Below, piece after piece: positions 54,210 through 64,000 of a stretch of DNA of 64,000 nt; position 1 is the first letter of the stretch, and each line of letters begins with the position of its first letter. The notes under the pieces are model-generated. The model searched no databases. It worked only from the letters and a program-made list of their open reading frames with translations, and was not told where the DNA came from. The stretch lies in the IMG/VR virus record IMGVR_UViG_3300032335_000575. The stretch is one strand, 5' to 3'. The translations under genes were made by a program, and so were the position numbers. Source of the DNA: an uncultured virus (IMG/VR IMGVR_UViG_3300032335_000575) (lineage: Duplodnaviria > Heunggongvirae > Uroviricota > Caudoviricetes).

Positions 54210-57200
54210 TTATGCCTGGGCTTCTGTCCATGAAATACGTGCTGAGATGTTTGAGGCTGTGGTACCGATATTGGTCGCTGTGATGACCAAGATATCTGGG
54301 CCGTTAGGGAATCCTGGGGTAGAGACGTTTCCGTTTCCGCTCAAGATTGAGTTTCCAAGGTCACGAATCTTTTTAAGGTCGTAGTTGGAAATGTTGTAGT
54401 TAGTGGCACCGCCGCCGTTTTCAGAGAAGAATGAGGCTACAGAGTCACCACCTGTTATTAGACCAGATGATGTCTGAACGCCACCAGCTCCAGGACCTGA
54501 GTTATCAAAGTAGATAATCTGAGCCAAAGAACCAGAACCTACAAGGTCACGAGTCCAGTCAGTAGGAATACCTGTATAACCAGTACGTGGGGTAAAGGTG
54601 ATTGTTCCAGAAACTGAGCCTGAGTTAGGAACAGATAGCGTAATACGGTTAGCAGATACTGAAGCAATAGACGCACCAGTACCAATACCTGAACCTGTTA
54701 CTGTCATACCAGGGACTAGACCGTTAGTACCAGTTGTATCGTTAATAAATATGTTAATTGTTCCTGTTGAGCCTGATACTGAAGAACGAGTAGTAGTCAA
54801 TTGAGCAGGAGTCCAGTTAGTGTACTCAATTCTTCCTGGATTTAGGATACCGTCAATACGGAACTGTCCGTTTGTTGAAACTCCAATAGAGTCCATCTTT
54901 AACTGCATGCGGTTAGCAAGTTCTCTAATACCATAGTTACGAGCAATAGCGTTATCTACAGATGGAGCTAGGCGCACCGCAATTAGAGGACGGGTAATAC
55001 CAGCCGCTACGTTAAGAAGCTTTGTCATACCACCAGTAAAGATAAAGCTTGAATCATCATCAAACTTACCGTCCATAATTACGGAAGAACCCCAGTGGCT
55101 AATAATAGGCGCACAGTTCTGAGTAATTGACTGAACTGAAACCTGAGCATCTCCACCAACTCCCGTGAAAGAAGAGTCAGGAACAAATGTTATTGGTGAC
55201 TTAGTTCCAGCAAATGAGAATGGGATATCTGGGTAAATCTGTGTGATAGATGCACGGCGTTCTGCAATATAGATGGGCGCACATTTCTTTACAGGGTCAT
55301 ACGCTCCTACAGATGAGTAACGCATAATTTCTACGTTAGTAGCGTCACGCACTAGTATGTAACCTGAAGGTGGAAAATACTGAGTGTTTTCAACCCAGAG
55401 AACTGTATCGTTTGGTGCAAGCTGTGTTCCAATTACACCAGCAGCTCCACCAGCTAACATCTTTGAGAAGAGTGATGGGTCATTAGAAACTTCATAGCGA
55501 GCAGGTAAGTTACCTGAACGTTGGTATGCAGCGTTGTTAACGTTGTTATTAGCAATCTTGTGACACCATGCAATACGTCCACCGACAGTACGCATACCAA
55601 AGCGGATAGCACCAGCGCCGTACCAGGTATAGTCAATATAGAGCATCTGCATGCGTCCCATATCTAACTTATAACCAGATGGACCTGTACCATCAAAACG
55701 GTCAATGTTCCAATCTTCTTGTGGGAAGCGTTCTGTTTGAGTAATCAAGTAACGAGTTCTAGAACCGTTAGGACCCTTGTATGCTGGTGCAATATTTAAA
55801 GAGGTAGCAGAGTTAATCTGTACAACCTTGTATGTAGCACCTTTAATAACAATATTATTTCCAACTACTAGTTGCTTACGGAACTGGGTGTTTAGACCAG
55901 TAACAAATGAAGAATCTGCTGTTACGTTAATACGACCAATACCTTCTTTTTCAGAGTGACGACGGGCCACGAATACGTTTTGTCCGTCATACTCAAAATA
56001 GAACCCGTTCTGGTCATCATATAGGCCTGCACGTGTTACAGCGCCGTACCATGTACGAGCGTGTACGTAAACGTTAACACCCGCTGGGTTTTGGTCAACT
56101 GTTGATACAGTTGAGGTAAGGTTAACAGTGTACTCAAATGTATTAACGTCAATAATGCGTGAGACAACAAAGTTATCTCCGTTGTAAGGGTTGTAAGCTC
56201 CACGAGTCAAAACACCCTCAACTTGAATACCTACACCAGCTTGTAAGCCGTGGTCTTGTACAGTTCTTACTGTAACAATAGCTGAGCCTATAGCGCCACC
56301 ATTTAGATACATCTGTTCTACGTCAAATACTGGGGTTAGTTGACCACCAGTTGAGAACTGAATGCCCTTACCTGACTGGTAACGGAAGTAACGGCGGGTC
56401 TGACGGATAACTTGGTTACCCATTGTGTTAGTCGCTGTTGTAAGAGAAACACCGCCATCATATGGTCGGTGAACAATGTAACCATCGCTCTTAGTTAAAA
56501 TTAATGCTGTTTGTGGTAAAGATACAGCAGACTGTTGACGGTCTAGCTGGAAAGATAAAGTACGTGTTGTTGGTACATCTGTTACTGACCAGTTACCATC
56601 AAAGCTGTTAGTTCCAGAAACAACAATAAGCGCACCTGGGTATACGCCGTGTGGGTTGTCAAATGTTACTGTTACCTTTGAAATTGGAGCAGCACCATCA
56701 GTTGTTGCTCTAAAAGTCTTAGCGTTTGAAGACCCACCAAGAGGAGAGTTTCCACCAGGGATGTGGGCGCCATCAAAGATGTCTCCACCGTATACGTTTG
56801 TTAATGTTCCAGATAAAATGTCTCCGCTAACAACGCCTCGTGCTACGTATGTAAATGAAGTTGTTGTAGGTGTTGTTGTTACAAGAGAAGTACCTTCTGC
56901 AAGATAGTTAAGAGTTTCTTGAACTGATACTACTTGGCCAGGATTCAAAGAGTGAGGAAGTGCTGTAGTAACAGTAACAGTTGAACGTGGACGTACGCCG
57001 TCTCCAATCATTGTTACAAGGTCAATTGCGTTACCGCCAGTTGCCTTAGGAAAAAATGATGGGTAGTTGTTGTGTAGGAAAAGAGCTTCCCATTTAGATG
57101 GCTGTACAGAGTATTCAAAGTCTGTATCCATAAGGGATTGTGGTTCTGAGACACGAAGCTTTTGAGCTGGGTCAAGCATTACTTCGTTAAAATCAATTTT

Positions 57201-57506
57201 TTGGTGTTCATCGTCAACAATAATTTGTAAAGTATCTGTTGAAAGCATGCCTGCTGTGCTAAGGCCTGCGTTTAGTTGGATAACAGTCTTATAATCTGGC
57301 TGCCCAAACGGATTCGAAATACTGTTTTCTGGATAGATGTAACTTACTGTTGCAGCAGTGGCTGGGTCAGAGAAGTTAAAAAGAATTTGGTTAGTTGTTG
57401 CGTTAACAATAAGGAAGAAATGAATTTTCTTAATGTAGCGCTCAATAGTAATTGTCTTTGTCGTTGGATTAAATGAATAATCCTCGGGCGCAATATTACG
57501 TGCCAT
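54210..57506 (-). CDS. large tail fibre/baseplate-associated structural protein
   Basis: Repeated T..T...H.L..G..V.V.G modules, RQT.RYF.YQ.GKG, W.G.G..RFG. Confidence 0.75.
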   Translation of the reverse strand: MARNIAPEDYSFNPTTKTITIERYIKKIHFFLIVNATTNQILFNFSDPATAATVSYIYPENSISNPFGQPDYKTVIQLNAGLSTAGMLSTDTLQIIVDDEHQKIDFNEVMLDPAQKLRVSEPQSLMDTDFEYSVQPSKWEALFLHNNYPSFFPKATGGNAIDLVTMIGDGVRPRSTVTVTTALPHSLNPGQVVSVQETLNYLAEGTSLVTTTPTTTSFTYVARGVVSGDILSGTLTNVYGGDIFDGAHIPGGNSPLGGSSNAKTFRATTDGAAPISKVTVTFDNPHGVYPGALIVVSGTNSFDGNWSVTDVPTTRTLSFQLDRQQSAVSLPQTALILTKSDGYIVHRPYDGGVSLTTATNTMGNQVIRQTRRYFRYQSGKGIQFSTGGQLTPVFDVEQMYLNGGAIGSAIVTVRTVQDHGLQAGVGIQVEGVLTRGAYNPYNGDNFVVSRIIDVNTFEYTVNLTSTVSTVDQNPAGVNVYVHARTWYGAVTRAGLYDDQNGFYFEYDGQNVFVARRHSEKEGIGRINVTADSSFVTGLNTQFRKQLVVGNNIVIKGATYKVVQINSATSLNIAPAYKGPNGSRTRYLITQTERFPQEDWNIDRFDGTGPSGYKLDMGRMQMLYIDYTWYGAGAIRFGMRTVGGRIAWCHKIANNNVNNAAYQRSGNLPARYEVSNDPSLFSKMLAGGAAGVIGTQLAPNDTVLWVENTQYFPPSGYILVRDATNVEIMRYSSVGAYDPVKKCAPIYIAERRASITQIYPDIPFSFAGTKSPITFVPDSSFTGVGGDAQVSVQSITQNCAPIISHWGSSVIMDGKFDDDSSFIFTGGMTKLLNVAAGITRPLIAVRLAPSVDNAIARNYGIRELANRMQLKMDSIGVSTNGQFRIDGILNPGRIEYTNWTPAQLTTTRSSVSGSTGTINIFINDTTGTNGLVPGMTVTGSGIGTGASIASVSANRITLSVPNSGSVSGTITFTPRTGYTGIPTDWTRDLVGSGSLAQIIYFDNSGPGAGGVQTSSGLITGGDSVASFFSENGGGATNYNISNYDLKKIRDLGNSILSGNGNVSTPGFPNGPDILVITATNIGTTASNISARISWTEAQA

Positions 57507-57520
57507 TAAATATTACCTTC

Positions 57521-57934
57521 CTAAATTAACGTAATCGGTGGGATAACGGTTGATGTAATTGTAGTGGAGCGTGTCTGTGAATAACGAGGAAAGAAAATGC
57601 CAAGTTCTAATTGAGCATCCATAACTAGTTGTTCACCACGTCCACCATCTCCAGATAGTCCTTGTATACCTGTTGGACCGCGAAGTCCTGTAGGTCCAGT
57701 AGCACCATTGGAGCCATTAGCACCAGTTGGTCCTTGGATACCGTTAGTACCTGCAGGTCCAGTAGGACCTTGAATACCACTGGCATATACTAGCGCATTC
57801 CAAAGCTGTGTACCGTTTCCAACTTTAAATCTTCCAGTGTCAAGCTCAAGACCAAGTTCACCTTCTGAAAGAAGGGGATTAGTAGTTGACCACTGTGACG
57901 CCGTAGCACGACGTAATTGTAATTTAATTGCCAT
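57521..57934 (-). CDS. Mtd-N/hyaluronidase-N domain plus short collagen segment
   Basis: IKLQLRR.TA.QW...NP.L..GE.G.E.DT..FK.G.G...W..L.Y. Confidence 0.85.
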   Translation of the reverse strand: MAIKLQLRRATASQWSTTNPLLSEGELGLELDTGRFKVGNGTQLWNALVYASGIQGPTGPAGTNGIQGPTGANGSNGATGPTGLRGPTGIQGLSGDGGRGEQLVMDAQLELGIFFPRYSQTRSTTITSTVIPPITLI

Positions 57935-60267
57935 TAGTTACCGCTCACGTCTCCTCCGTCGATAGTTATAACCCCGCCATAATTGGTATCGGCGCCGCCA
58001 CCATCTACGTTCAATAGTGTAGTGCCTGTAGGGCCTGTTGGACCTAGTAAACCTTGATTTCCTGTTGGGCCAGTTGGACCTTGAATACCCGTAGGTCCTT
58101 GAATACCAGTTAAACCTGTTAAACCTTGTGGTCCAGTTGGGCCTGTAACACCAATAGTTGCAGCAACAATTGCTTGCCAGTTTGCTGTGTCTTCAAGAGG
58201 AGTGATTCCAGCAGTTGATGCGCTGTTTCTACGAACGTATGTTCCCTTTAAAGTTGGGGTGTCGTAGAAAACTGCTTGACCTACTTGATAAGAAAGACCT
58301 TGCTGCCAAGTTCCAACTACTGTAAATGGAAGTGCGCCTGTAGGACCAGTAGGACCAGCAACAGTAGAAGCAGCTCCAGTAGGGCCTGTGGCACCAGTTA
58401 TACCTGTAGTACCAGTAGGTCCTGTAGGTCCTTGAACAAAACCAGCGTTTACATAAGCACTGCCTTGCCAAACATAAAGTTGACCTTGAATAAGATACGC
58501 ATCACCAGTTGCTGCAGTTGGATATGCTGCGTTAAGTTCCGCAAAAGAGTTGAAGGAACCAAGAATACCTAAACCGCGACCTTGGATACCAGTAGGTCCT
58601 GTTACACCTTGGATACCTTGAGGACCTGTTGGACCAGTAACACCTTGGATACCCTGCGCTCCAGTTGCACCAGTTGCACCAGTTAAACCAGTTGCACCAG
58701 TCGGACCTTGAACACCTTGAATACCTTGAATACCTTGTGCACCAGTAGGACCAATATTTCCTTGAGGACCTTGTGAACCTGTTGGACCTATGCCGCCTTG
58801 AGAACCTGTTGGACCTTGGATTGCTCCAGCACTTGCCCATGCAGAGCCAGCCCATACAAATAGAACACCGTTAACAAGATAACCGTCACCTGTTGCTCCA
58901 ACAGGTTGAGCAGTTTGAAGTTCAGCAAGTGTGCCGTAACTTCCAAGAATATATATTCCAGAACCAGCTGGACCAGTAGCACCCGTAGGTCCTTGAGGAC
59001 CAGTTGTTCCAGGAGTACCTGTAGAACCTGCTGTACCAGCAACACCTTGTGTACCTTGTGGACCCTGAGCACCTGTTGGACCAACAGCACCAGGAAAACC
59101 TGCAGAACCTGTAGGACCTGTAGCACCACGGTCACCCTTTACATAAAGGGCCCAACCAGTTCCGTTAGCACTTGGTATTCCACCAACTGTAAATTGCGCT
59201 GGGTTAGTTAGTACCCAAACTTCGCTTCCATAAGTTACGCCGTCATATAGGGCGTATGTTCCAAGCGAACTCCAAACACCTTGATTAGTAAAAGCAACGC
59301 TTGTTACAGGACGTGTGGTTCCTGTTGGACCCGTTGGTCCAGCAACAGTTGATGCAGCACCTGTAGGACCAGTGGCTCCAATGTTTCCTTGTGGACCAGT
59401 AGGTCCAAGGTTTCCTTGTGCACCAGTTGCACCTGTTGGTCCAATGACCGTTGATGCAGCACCAGTAGCACCAGTTGCTCCAGTTGGGCCAGTAGCACCT
59501 ACAGCACCAGTAGGACCTGTTACCGTAGAGTCAGCGCCTTGTGCACCAGTTGGTCCAGTAGGACCTGTGATTGATAAACCTTGTGGACCTGTTACACCTT
59601 GAAGACCAGCAAAGCCTTGAAGACCCTGTGTTCCTTGAATACCTTGCGGACCTTGTGGACCAGTAGCACCACGTTGACCAGTTGGTCCAGTGTCGCCTTG
59701 TGGACCTTGAACACCAGAAAAACCTTGAACACCTTGTAAGCCACGTGGACCTGTAGGACCAGATGCACCAGTAGCACCAGTCGGACCTTCAAGGTTTCCA
59801 ACGTTAGTCCACTGACCACCGCTCCAAATAATTAAATTGCCGTTAGCAAGAAGATAAGCTTGACCAGCACTACCAGTTGGGTTTGCTGTTGTTAAATCAT
59901 TGAGTGTTGGATACTCACCAAGAATATTTAAACCTTGACCAGGCGCACCTGTAGGACCTGTTGCTCCCTGAACACCAGAGTAACCTTGTGGACCAGTAGC
60001 ACCAGTTGGACCAGCGCTTCCAGCAATACCTGTAGGACCTGTTGCGCCTGTTCGTCCTGTAGGACCAGTTGGGCCTGTTACAGATGGGCCTGTTAAACCA
60101 GCGGCTCCTGTTGCGCCAGTTGCGCCAGCAGGACCTGTAGGTCCGCGTTGTCCAGTAGGTCCAGTTACACCAACAGGTACGGTTGGTCCCGTTGCACTGG
60201 TAGGGCCAGTTACGCCTGGATACCAATCGCTGTTATCAGGGCCTACGACAATAATCTCATCTGCCAC
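57934..60267 (-). CDS. collagen-like fibre protein
   Basis: Long [12 protein letters not shown] triplet tracts interrupted by globular modules. Confidence 0.93.
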   Translation of the reverse strand: MADEIIVVGPDNSDWYPGVTGPTSATGPTVPVGVTGPTGQRGPTGPAGATGATGAAGLTGPSVTGPTGPTGRTGATGPTGIAGSAGPTGATGPQGYSGVQGATGPTGAPGQGLNILGEYPTLNDLTTANPTGSAGQAYLLANGNLIIWSGGQWTNVGNLEGPTGATGASGPTGPRGLQGVQGFSGVQGPQGDTGPTGQRGATGPQGPQGIQGTQGLQGFAGLQGVTGPQGLSITGPTGPTGAQGADSTVTGPTGAVGATGPTGATGATGAASTVIGPTGATGAQGNLGPTGPQGNIGATGPTGAASTVAGPTGPTGTTRPVTSVAFTNQGVWSSLGTYALYDGVTYGSEVWVLTNPAQFTVGGIPSANGTGWALYVKGDRGATGPTGSAGFPGAVGPTGAQGPQGTQGVAGTAGSTGTPGTTGPQGPTGATGPAGSGIYILGSYGTLAELQTAQPVGATGDGYLVNGVLFVWAGSAWASAGAIQGPTGSQGGIGPTGSQGPQGNIGPTGAQGIQGIQGVQGPTGATGLTGATGATGAQGIQGVTGPTGPQGIQGVTGPTGIQGRGLGILGSFNSFAELNAAYPTAATGDAYLIQGQLYVWQGSAYVNAGFVQGPTGPTGTTGITGATGPTGAASTVAGPTGPTGALPFTVVGTWQQGLSYQVGQAVFYDTPTLKGTYVRRNSASTAGITPLEDTANWQAIVAATIGVTGPTGPQGLTGLTGIQGPTGIQGPTGPTGNQGLLGPTGPTGTTLLNVDGGGADTNYGGVITIDGGDVSGN

Positions 60268-60268
60268 T

Positions 60269-61327
60269 TTAGTCCACCGTTACCTGTTGAGTTACAAATA
60301 CTTGACCTCTCAAGTACGTTTTTTCCCATGTAGGGTCTGAAACTTTTGTTGCCTGCAAATCCCAGAACGCACGAACAGGAAGATATTTAGTTTTATCACT
60401 TACTAGCGACAACTTAAGCCTTCCTTGTGCAGCATCTAAAATTGTAACATCTAGAGTGGCATATTTAGATGGTGAATTAGGGTAGGTGCGAATCTCTGCT
60501 TTCCATGTAAGACCCGTAATATTAAATGCAAAGTCAACAATTTGCTCAAATGTGTCTCCTTGGTACATAACAATGTCATAAACCTCAGCTGTTGTAGGCA
60601 CAGGCTCATACCCCATTGGGTCTACAGGAAGATACATACGCTCTGGTTTTCTAGCATCATCAATCTCTTGGCCCTTGTATATAGGTACAAACTTATTAGT
60701 GTGACGGCTAGTACGACGAAGAGTACCAACCTGTATACGCCATAGGCCTATATTAAGAGCAGCGCACAGCTGACGGTACTGTTCCCAGCGTTGCTGAATT
60801 GTGTTAGTCAGCTGTGCATAGCGCTGTGAACGGGGAATCACTACGCCATCAGGCGCGGTGATATTAATATCAAAGGACGCATCAGTAGCTAAAGCCCACA
60901 AGGCTTCAATAGTTGCAAGGATAGCAATTGGGTATTCCTCAACTCCAGGAATCATCTTAAGGTTTACTGCGCTACCAAAGTTATCTGTTCTTTCGTGCAC
61001 GTGCTGCTCTACGGCAGTATTAATAAAGCGCTCAATGTCGCTATCTGTAAAGTATCTGTAACCAGTTCCATTAACAACTAGTTTTGCCCCAACAATAAGG
61101 GGGTCTTTAAAGTGAATAATGCCTTGGTCTTTTTCTAATTTATAACCAAAGGGTGCTGGGACCACGTCGTCAATAACAGCGACGTAAAGTGTATATGGGT
61201 CAACAGGCTTAGTGTTTAAATAAAAATCTTTTAATACACCGTCACCATCAGCGGTGAAGGTAAATTCTTTAGGTAAGTCTCCAAGTTCAAGACGAACTCT
61301 CGATACAAGGTCTGCCATTGAGGCCAC
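60269..61327 (-). CDS. head-tail adaptor-like protein
   Basis: Downstream of capsid; VR.ELGD, FTD.DI; C-terminal QGDTF domain. Confidence 0.6.
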   Translation of the reverse strand: MASMADLVSRVRLELGDLPKEFTFTADGDGVLKDFYLNTKPVDPYTLYVAVIDDVVPAPFGYKLEKDQGIIHFKDPLIVGAKLVVNGTGYRYFTDSDIERFINTAVEQHVHERTDNFGSAVNLKMIPGVEEYPIAILATIEALWALATDASFDINITAPDGVVIPRSQRYAQLTNTIQQRWEQYRQLCAALNIGLWRIQVGTLRRTSRHTNKFVPIYKGQEIDDARKPERMYLPVDPMGYEPVPTTAEVYDIVMYQGDTFEQIVDFAFNITGLTWKAEIRTYPNSPSKYATLDVTILDAAQGRLKLSLVSDKTKYLPVRAFWDLQATKVSDPTWEKTYLRGQVFVTQQVTVD

Positions 61328-61356
61328 TTAATTCACTCCTTTAACGACTATGTAAA

Positions 61357-61381
61357 CGAAGAAGCGGGCAGTAATGCCCGC
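61357..61381 (-). terminator. probable terminator hairpin
   Basis: GCGGGCA/TGCCCGC followed by TTCTTCGTTT. Confidence 0.65.
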
Positions 61382-61420
61382 CGCTCCGCCGAATTAAGTG
61401 CTCGATAATCAGTTAACTGC

Positions 61421-61786
61421 TTAGATTACTCCAGCTAGATAACCTTTTTCCTCAAGATGCTGTGCAACTTGACGAGACACTTTGTACTTCTGTCCAGCTT
61501 TAAAGCTGTAGTAGTTTCCTGCACCTAGTGTCATAGAATCGATTGTTTCGATAACACGGATTACAACTGAGTCTTCTGACTCGCTAATTACTGTTGGGTC
61601 ATCAACAATAACTGTTGCACGGTTTGGTACGGTTGCATCTACTACTTCTGTTTCAAGCTTGATTTGTGCTTCGGCAGTAGCCATAGACATTTCCGATGCG
61701 CGTTCTTGCATTGCCTCTAGATTTTCTTCTAGAGCCGCTTCACGTACGCGACCAGTAACATCCGTCGGTTTTACTTTACTTGCCAT
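61421..61786 (-). CDS. hypothetical head-associated protein
   Basis: GGAGG RBS; F..GQ.Y.V...VA.HL..KGY. Confidence 0.7.
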   Translation of the reverse strand: MASKVKPTDVTGRVREAALEENLEAMQERASEMSMATAEAQIKLETEVVDATVPNRATVIVDDPTVISESEDSVVIRVIETIDSMTLGAGNYYSFKAGQKYKVSRQVAQHLEEKGYLAGVI

Positions 61787-61817
61787 TTATATCCTCCGAT
61801 TTAGTAACTGTTAAAGT

Positions 61818-61841
61818 GGGGGCCTGGTTGCCCAGGCCCCC
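61818..61841 (-). terminator. hairpin/terminator after the major capsid gene
   Basis: GGGGGCCTGG/CCAGGCCCCC 10-bp stem. Confidence 0.75.
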
Positions 61842-61854
61842 TAGGTAAAACTAA

Positions 61855-62925
61855 TTAGTTGGTTTCTGCAATGATTACAGACTGGTCAGTGATTAGACCA
61901 AGACCGAAGATTGAGTACCAAGCAAGAGCATGCTCACGACCGAAGTCAAGAATTCCGCCATCGCGAAGTTCTACTGGTAGAGAGATTGCGTGACCGAATG
62001 CGTTATCTCCAATGAAGATACCTGCGTAGCGGTCTGAACCACCATTACCTGTCTTTGTAGCAGGAGTGATGTAACCTCCACCAGCAGTTACTGTTGGGTT
62101 AGCAACAGTTGTGTCTGTGGTGTAAGAAGTACCAGCACCGCCAGCAACCTTAAGAACCTGTGTGGTTTCGATGAATACGCAGTCGTATAGACGACCGATT
62201 TCACCGAGCATAAAGTTACCTGGAGCAGCGTACTTAGTGACTTCAATAAATTCTGGATTGTCACGGAGCTTACGGCTCTGGTGTGGGTGAACAAACGCAA
62301 CGTATGTTTCGCCGAGGCGTGGGATGTTCTTGGTTGATAGGGTCTCTACTGCGTCCTTCACTGTGTGAGGTGTCATGTAGTAGGTACCTGTCATAGCAGC
62401 GCGGTTAGCAGCGGTTGTACCATCTGCGTACCAGTTGTTAACTGCTGTAAGTGCTGAGCGGTCTTCACCATAAATTGTTGAAGTCGCTGCATATAGTGTG
62501 TCGCGTGATAGCTGGTCTAGGTAGATAGCCATGTTACGACCAAGAAGACGTGAGGCTGAGGCCATTACGTCATCGAATGATGCGTTAAGAAGAAGTTCTG
62601 ATACAGCAAGAGCATATCCATGCTCTGATACTGTGATTGAGAACTGCTGTGCTGTCAACGCGTTTGTCTGCATACGCACACCTTCAACAAGGCCGCTTGC
62701 AAAGCCTAAGTTGTTGTAACGCATGAAGTTGATTTGTAGACCAGGTGCAACACCAAGTTCAGTCTTCTTGACTGCGAACTGCTCAAAGCGAAGGATAGGC
62801 ATAGCCTGGAACAAGATTTCCTTGGACCAGATTGTCTGAATCGCTTGAGTCAGCTGGGTGTTAGTGCCTGAGTATGCTGTTGGGGCTGCGGCTAAGTTGC
62901 CTGTACCCGTGATACCAGATGCCAT
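61855..62925 (-). CDS. major capsid protein (N4-gp56-like family)
   Basis: F.QFA, G..I.F.RY, L.EG, V.E.G, HP.Q, GEIG......F.ET, DFGR...AW. Confidence 0.9.
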   Translation of the reverse strand: MASGITGTGNLAAAPTAYSGTNTQLTQAIQTIWSKEILFQAMPILRFEQFAVKKTELGVAPGLQINFMRYNNLGFASGLVEGVRMQTNALTAQQFSITVSEHGYALAVSELLLNASFDDVMASASRLLGRNMAIYLDQLSRDTLYAATSTIYGEDRSALTAVNNWYADGTTAANRAAMTGTYYMTPHTVKDAVETLSTKNIPRLGETYVAFVHPHQSRKLRDNPEFIEVTKYAAPGNFMLGEIGRLYDCVFIETTQVLKVAGGAGTSYTTDTTVANPTVTAGGGYITPATKTGNGGSDRYAGIFIGDNAFGHAISLPVELRDGGILDFGREHALAWYSIFGLGLITDQSVIIAETN

Positions 62926-62968
62926 TTACTTGTGACTCCTTATTTGTTGGAATTTGGGATTGTTGGGT

Positions 62969-63751
62969 TTACCCGAACAGGCCGCGAGATTTACCACGAG
63001 CAGTGTCGCTCATAATACGTTCTCTGTACTTTGCGTAATCGTTCATCGACATGGACGAGATATCCTCGGCCGTAAAGTTACGTTGCTCCATATTAGTGTC
63101 CATTTGTCCGAGCGGGGGCGTGGTTACCCTTGTCCCCGTCATTTCTTTCCTTGCGTTCTGCATAGCTGACTGCGCAGATTCAAGAATTCTTGCTGAACGT
63201 TCTTTTAATCCTGCAATACTTGCGTCAACTTCATCAGGAGTGTTACCACTAATAAGGTCTAGCAGTTCAGGAATAATAGCTTCACGTTCTGTTTCTACGC
63301 GCTGTGTGCGGTAGGCTTGTAGGTCAGCAAAAGATTTTTCGCGTTCCAGAAGAGCAAAGGCACGTTCACGCTCTTGACGCTCACGCTCCAACTGCTCCTG
63401 CCACTCTTGTTCCTTGGTCTTAAGCAAAGTACGAACATCCATGTCACTTTCAAGAGCTTCCTGCTCAGCCTTAGCTTTCGCCTCAGCATCTGCAGCACGT
63501 GTAGCAAGTTCTGCTTCACGCTCTCTTTTAATGGCGTCGAGTTCTTCCTTCAACTTATCAATCTGAGGGTAGAGCTTTTCTTTTTCTTGGCTTCTTACTT
63601 TTGCCAAGTCATCTTCTGTATAAAACTTAGAAGTTGCCTTAGTAGTAGGTGCGTCAGCGACAACTGCGTTGTCTGACGACTGGGCTACAACTGGAACTAC
63701 TCCTGCTTCTGCCGCGAAGGCATCAGCGTTCGATACTTCTGCTGTTTCCAT
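62969..63751 (-). CDS. capsid scaffolding protein
   Basis: Coiled coil directly upstream of the capsid gene; C-terminal MSM.DY.K.R. Confidence 0.8.
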   Translation of the reverse strand: METAEVSNADAFAAEAGVVPVVAQSSDNAVVADAPTTKATSKFYTEDDLAKVRSQEKEKLYPQIDKLKEELDAIKREREAELATRAADAEAKAKAEQEALESDMDVRTLLKTKEQEWQEQLERERQERERAFALLEREKSFADLQAYRTQRVETEREAIIPELLDLISGNTPDEVDASIAGLKERSARILESAQSAMQNARKEMTGTRVTTPPLGQMDTNMEQRNFTAEDISSMSMNDYAKYRERIMSDTARGKSRGLFG

Positions 63752-63855
63752 AGTTATCCTTTACATTCTAGGGGTCGTTTTCCGAAGTAAGAGCACATAT
63801 GACCAAACGTTGATTCTATTGTCTTTCTAAATACAAAAAATGTCAGGCTAAACCT

Positions 63856-64000
63856 TTATTTTTCGTACTCTTCTGGTACTCGCCTCTGTGGGAGGACAGT
63901 GCCATAAGCTTCAGTTACCAACTTGTTACGTAGGTCTGCTTCGCCCATATTGGCGGCACCTAGCGCATCATCTATTGTTGGTGGTAATACAGCAGGGGCT
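63856..64000 (-). CDS. C-terminal end of upstream gene (probably portal), truncated by the window edge
   Basis: Open frame ...ADLRNKLVTEAYGTVLPQRRVPEEYEK*, upstream of the scaffold gene. Confidence 0.5.
   Translation of the reverse strand, partial: APAVLPPTIDDALGAANMGEADLRNKLVTEAYGTVLPQRRVPEEYEK

Noticed and set aside
57521..57934. Diversity-generating retroelement suggested by the Mtd-N domain
   Set aside because: No reverse transcriptase or TR/VR pair noticed in the window; the domain is a generic fibre module
2300..63676. Numerous + strand and nested ORFs in the track (e.g. 8774-9268, 36686-37183, 42560-43087, 43530-44021, collagen off-frames)
   Set aside because: They are antisense or off-frame shadows of well-supported - strand genes, with no motifs or RBS
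1..64000. Stop-codon reassignment
   Set aside because: The standard code gives near-complete coding density with all three stops used and no suppressor tRNA

Overview
This window is a gene-dense 64 kb segment of a large contractile-tailed (myovirus-type) phage. The host is very probably actinobacterial, based on WhiB, an MSMEG_6728-type glycosylase, leaderless genes and an N4-gp56-type capsid. Apart from a short + strand block (1-1.2 kb), everything is on the - strand. From right to left it carries: probable portal end, scaffold and major capsid; collagen and Gly-rich fibres with a GT2-TPR glycosyltransferase; Lys-rich microproteins; sheath, tube, chaperone, tape measure and baseplate; a replication module (HTH initiator with internal iterons, DnaC-like loader, DnaB, primase, SNF2, three tRNAs, SSB, PolA, RecA, WhiB, Cas4-like, resolvases); and an accessory region (proteasome-beta-like, SpoVS, Hsp20, metallophosphoesterase, orphans, nucleotidyltransferase, HAD-like, TGT-like, class II RNR). 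The most notable signals are (i) several intergenic structured RNAs with C-rich, anti-Shine-Dalgarno-like loops, alongside eight apparently leaderless genes and an RNA-binding SpoVS; (ii) an NTase/HAD/Zn-ribbon/degenerate-TGT cluster; (iii) a candidate +1 frameshift at UUU-CGC in the tail chaperone; (iv) a collagen plus GT2-TPR glycosylation pair; (v) a lambda-like iteron origin. All calls come from motif recognition by eye; no database searches were run.
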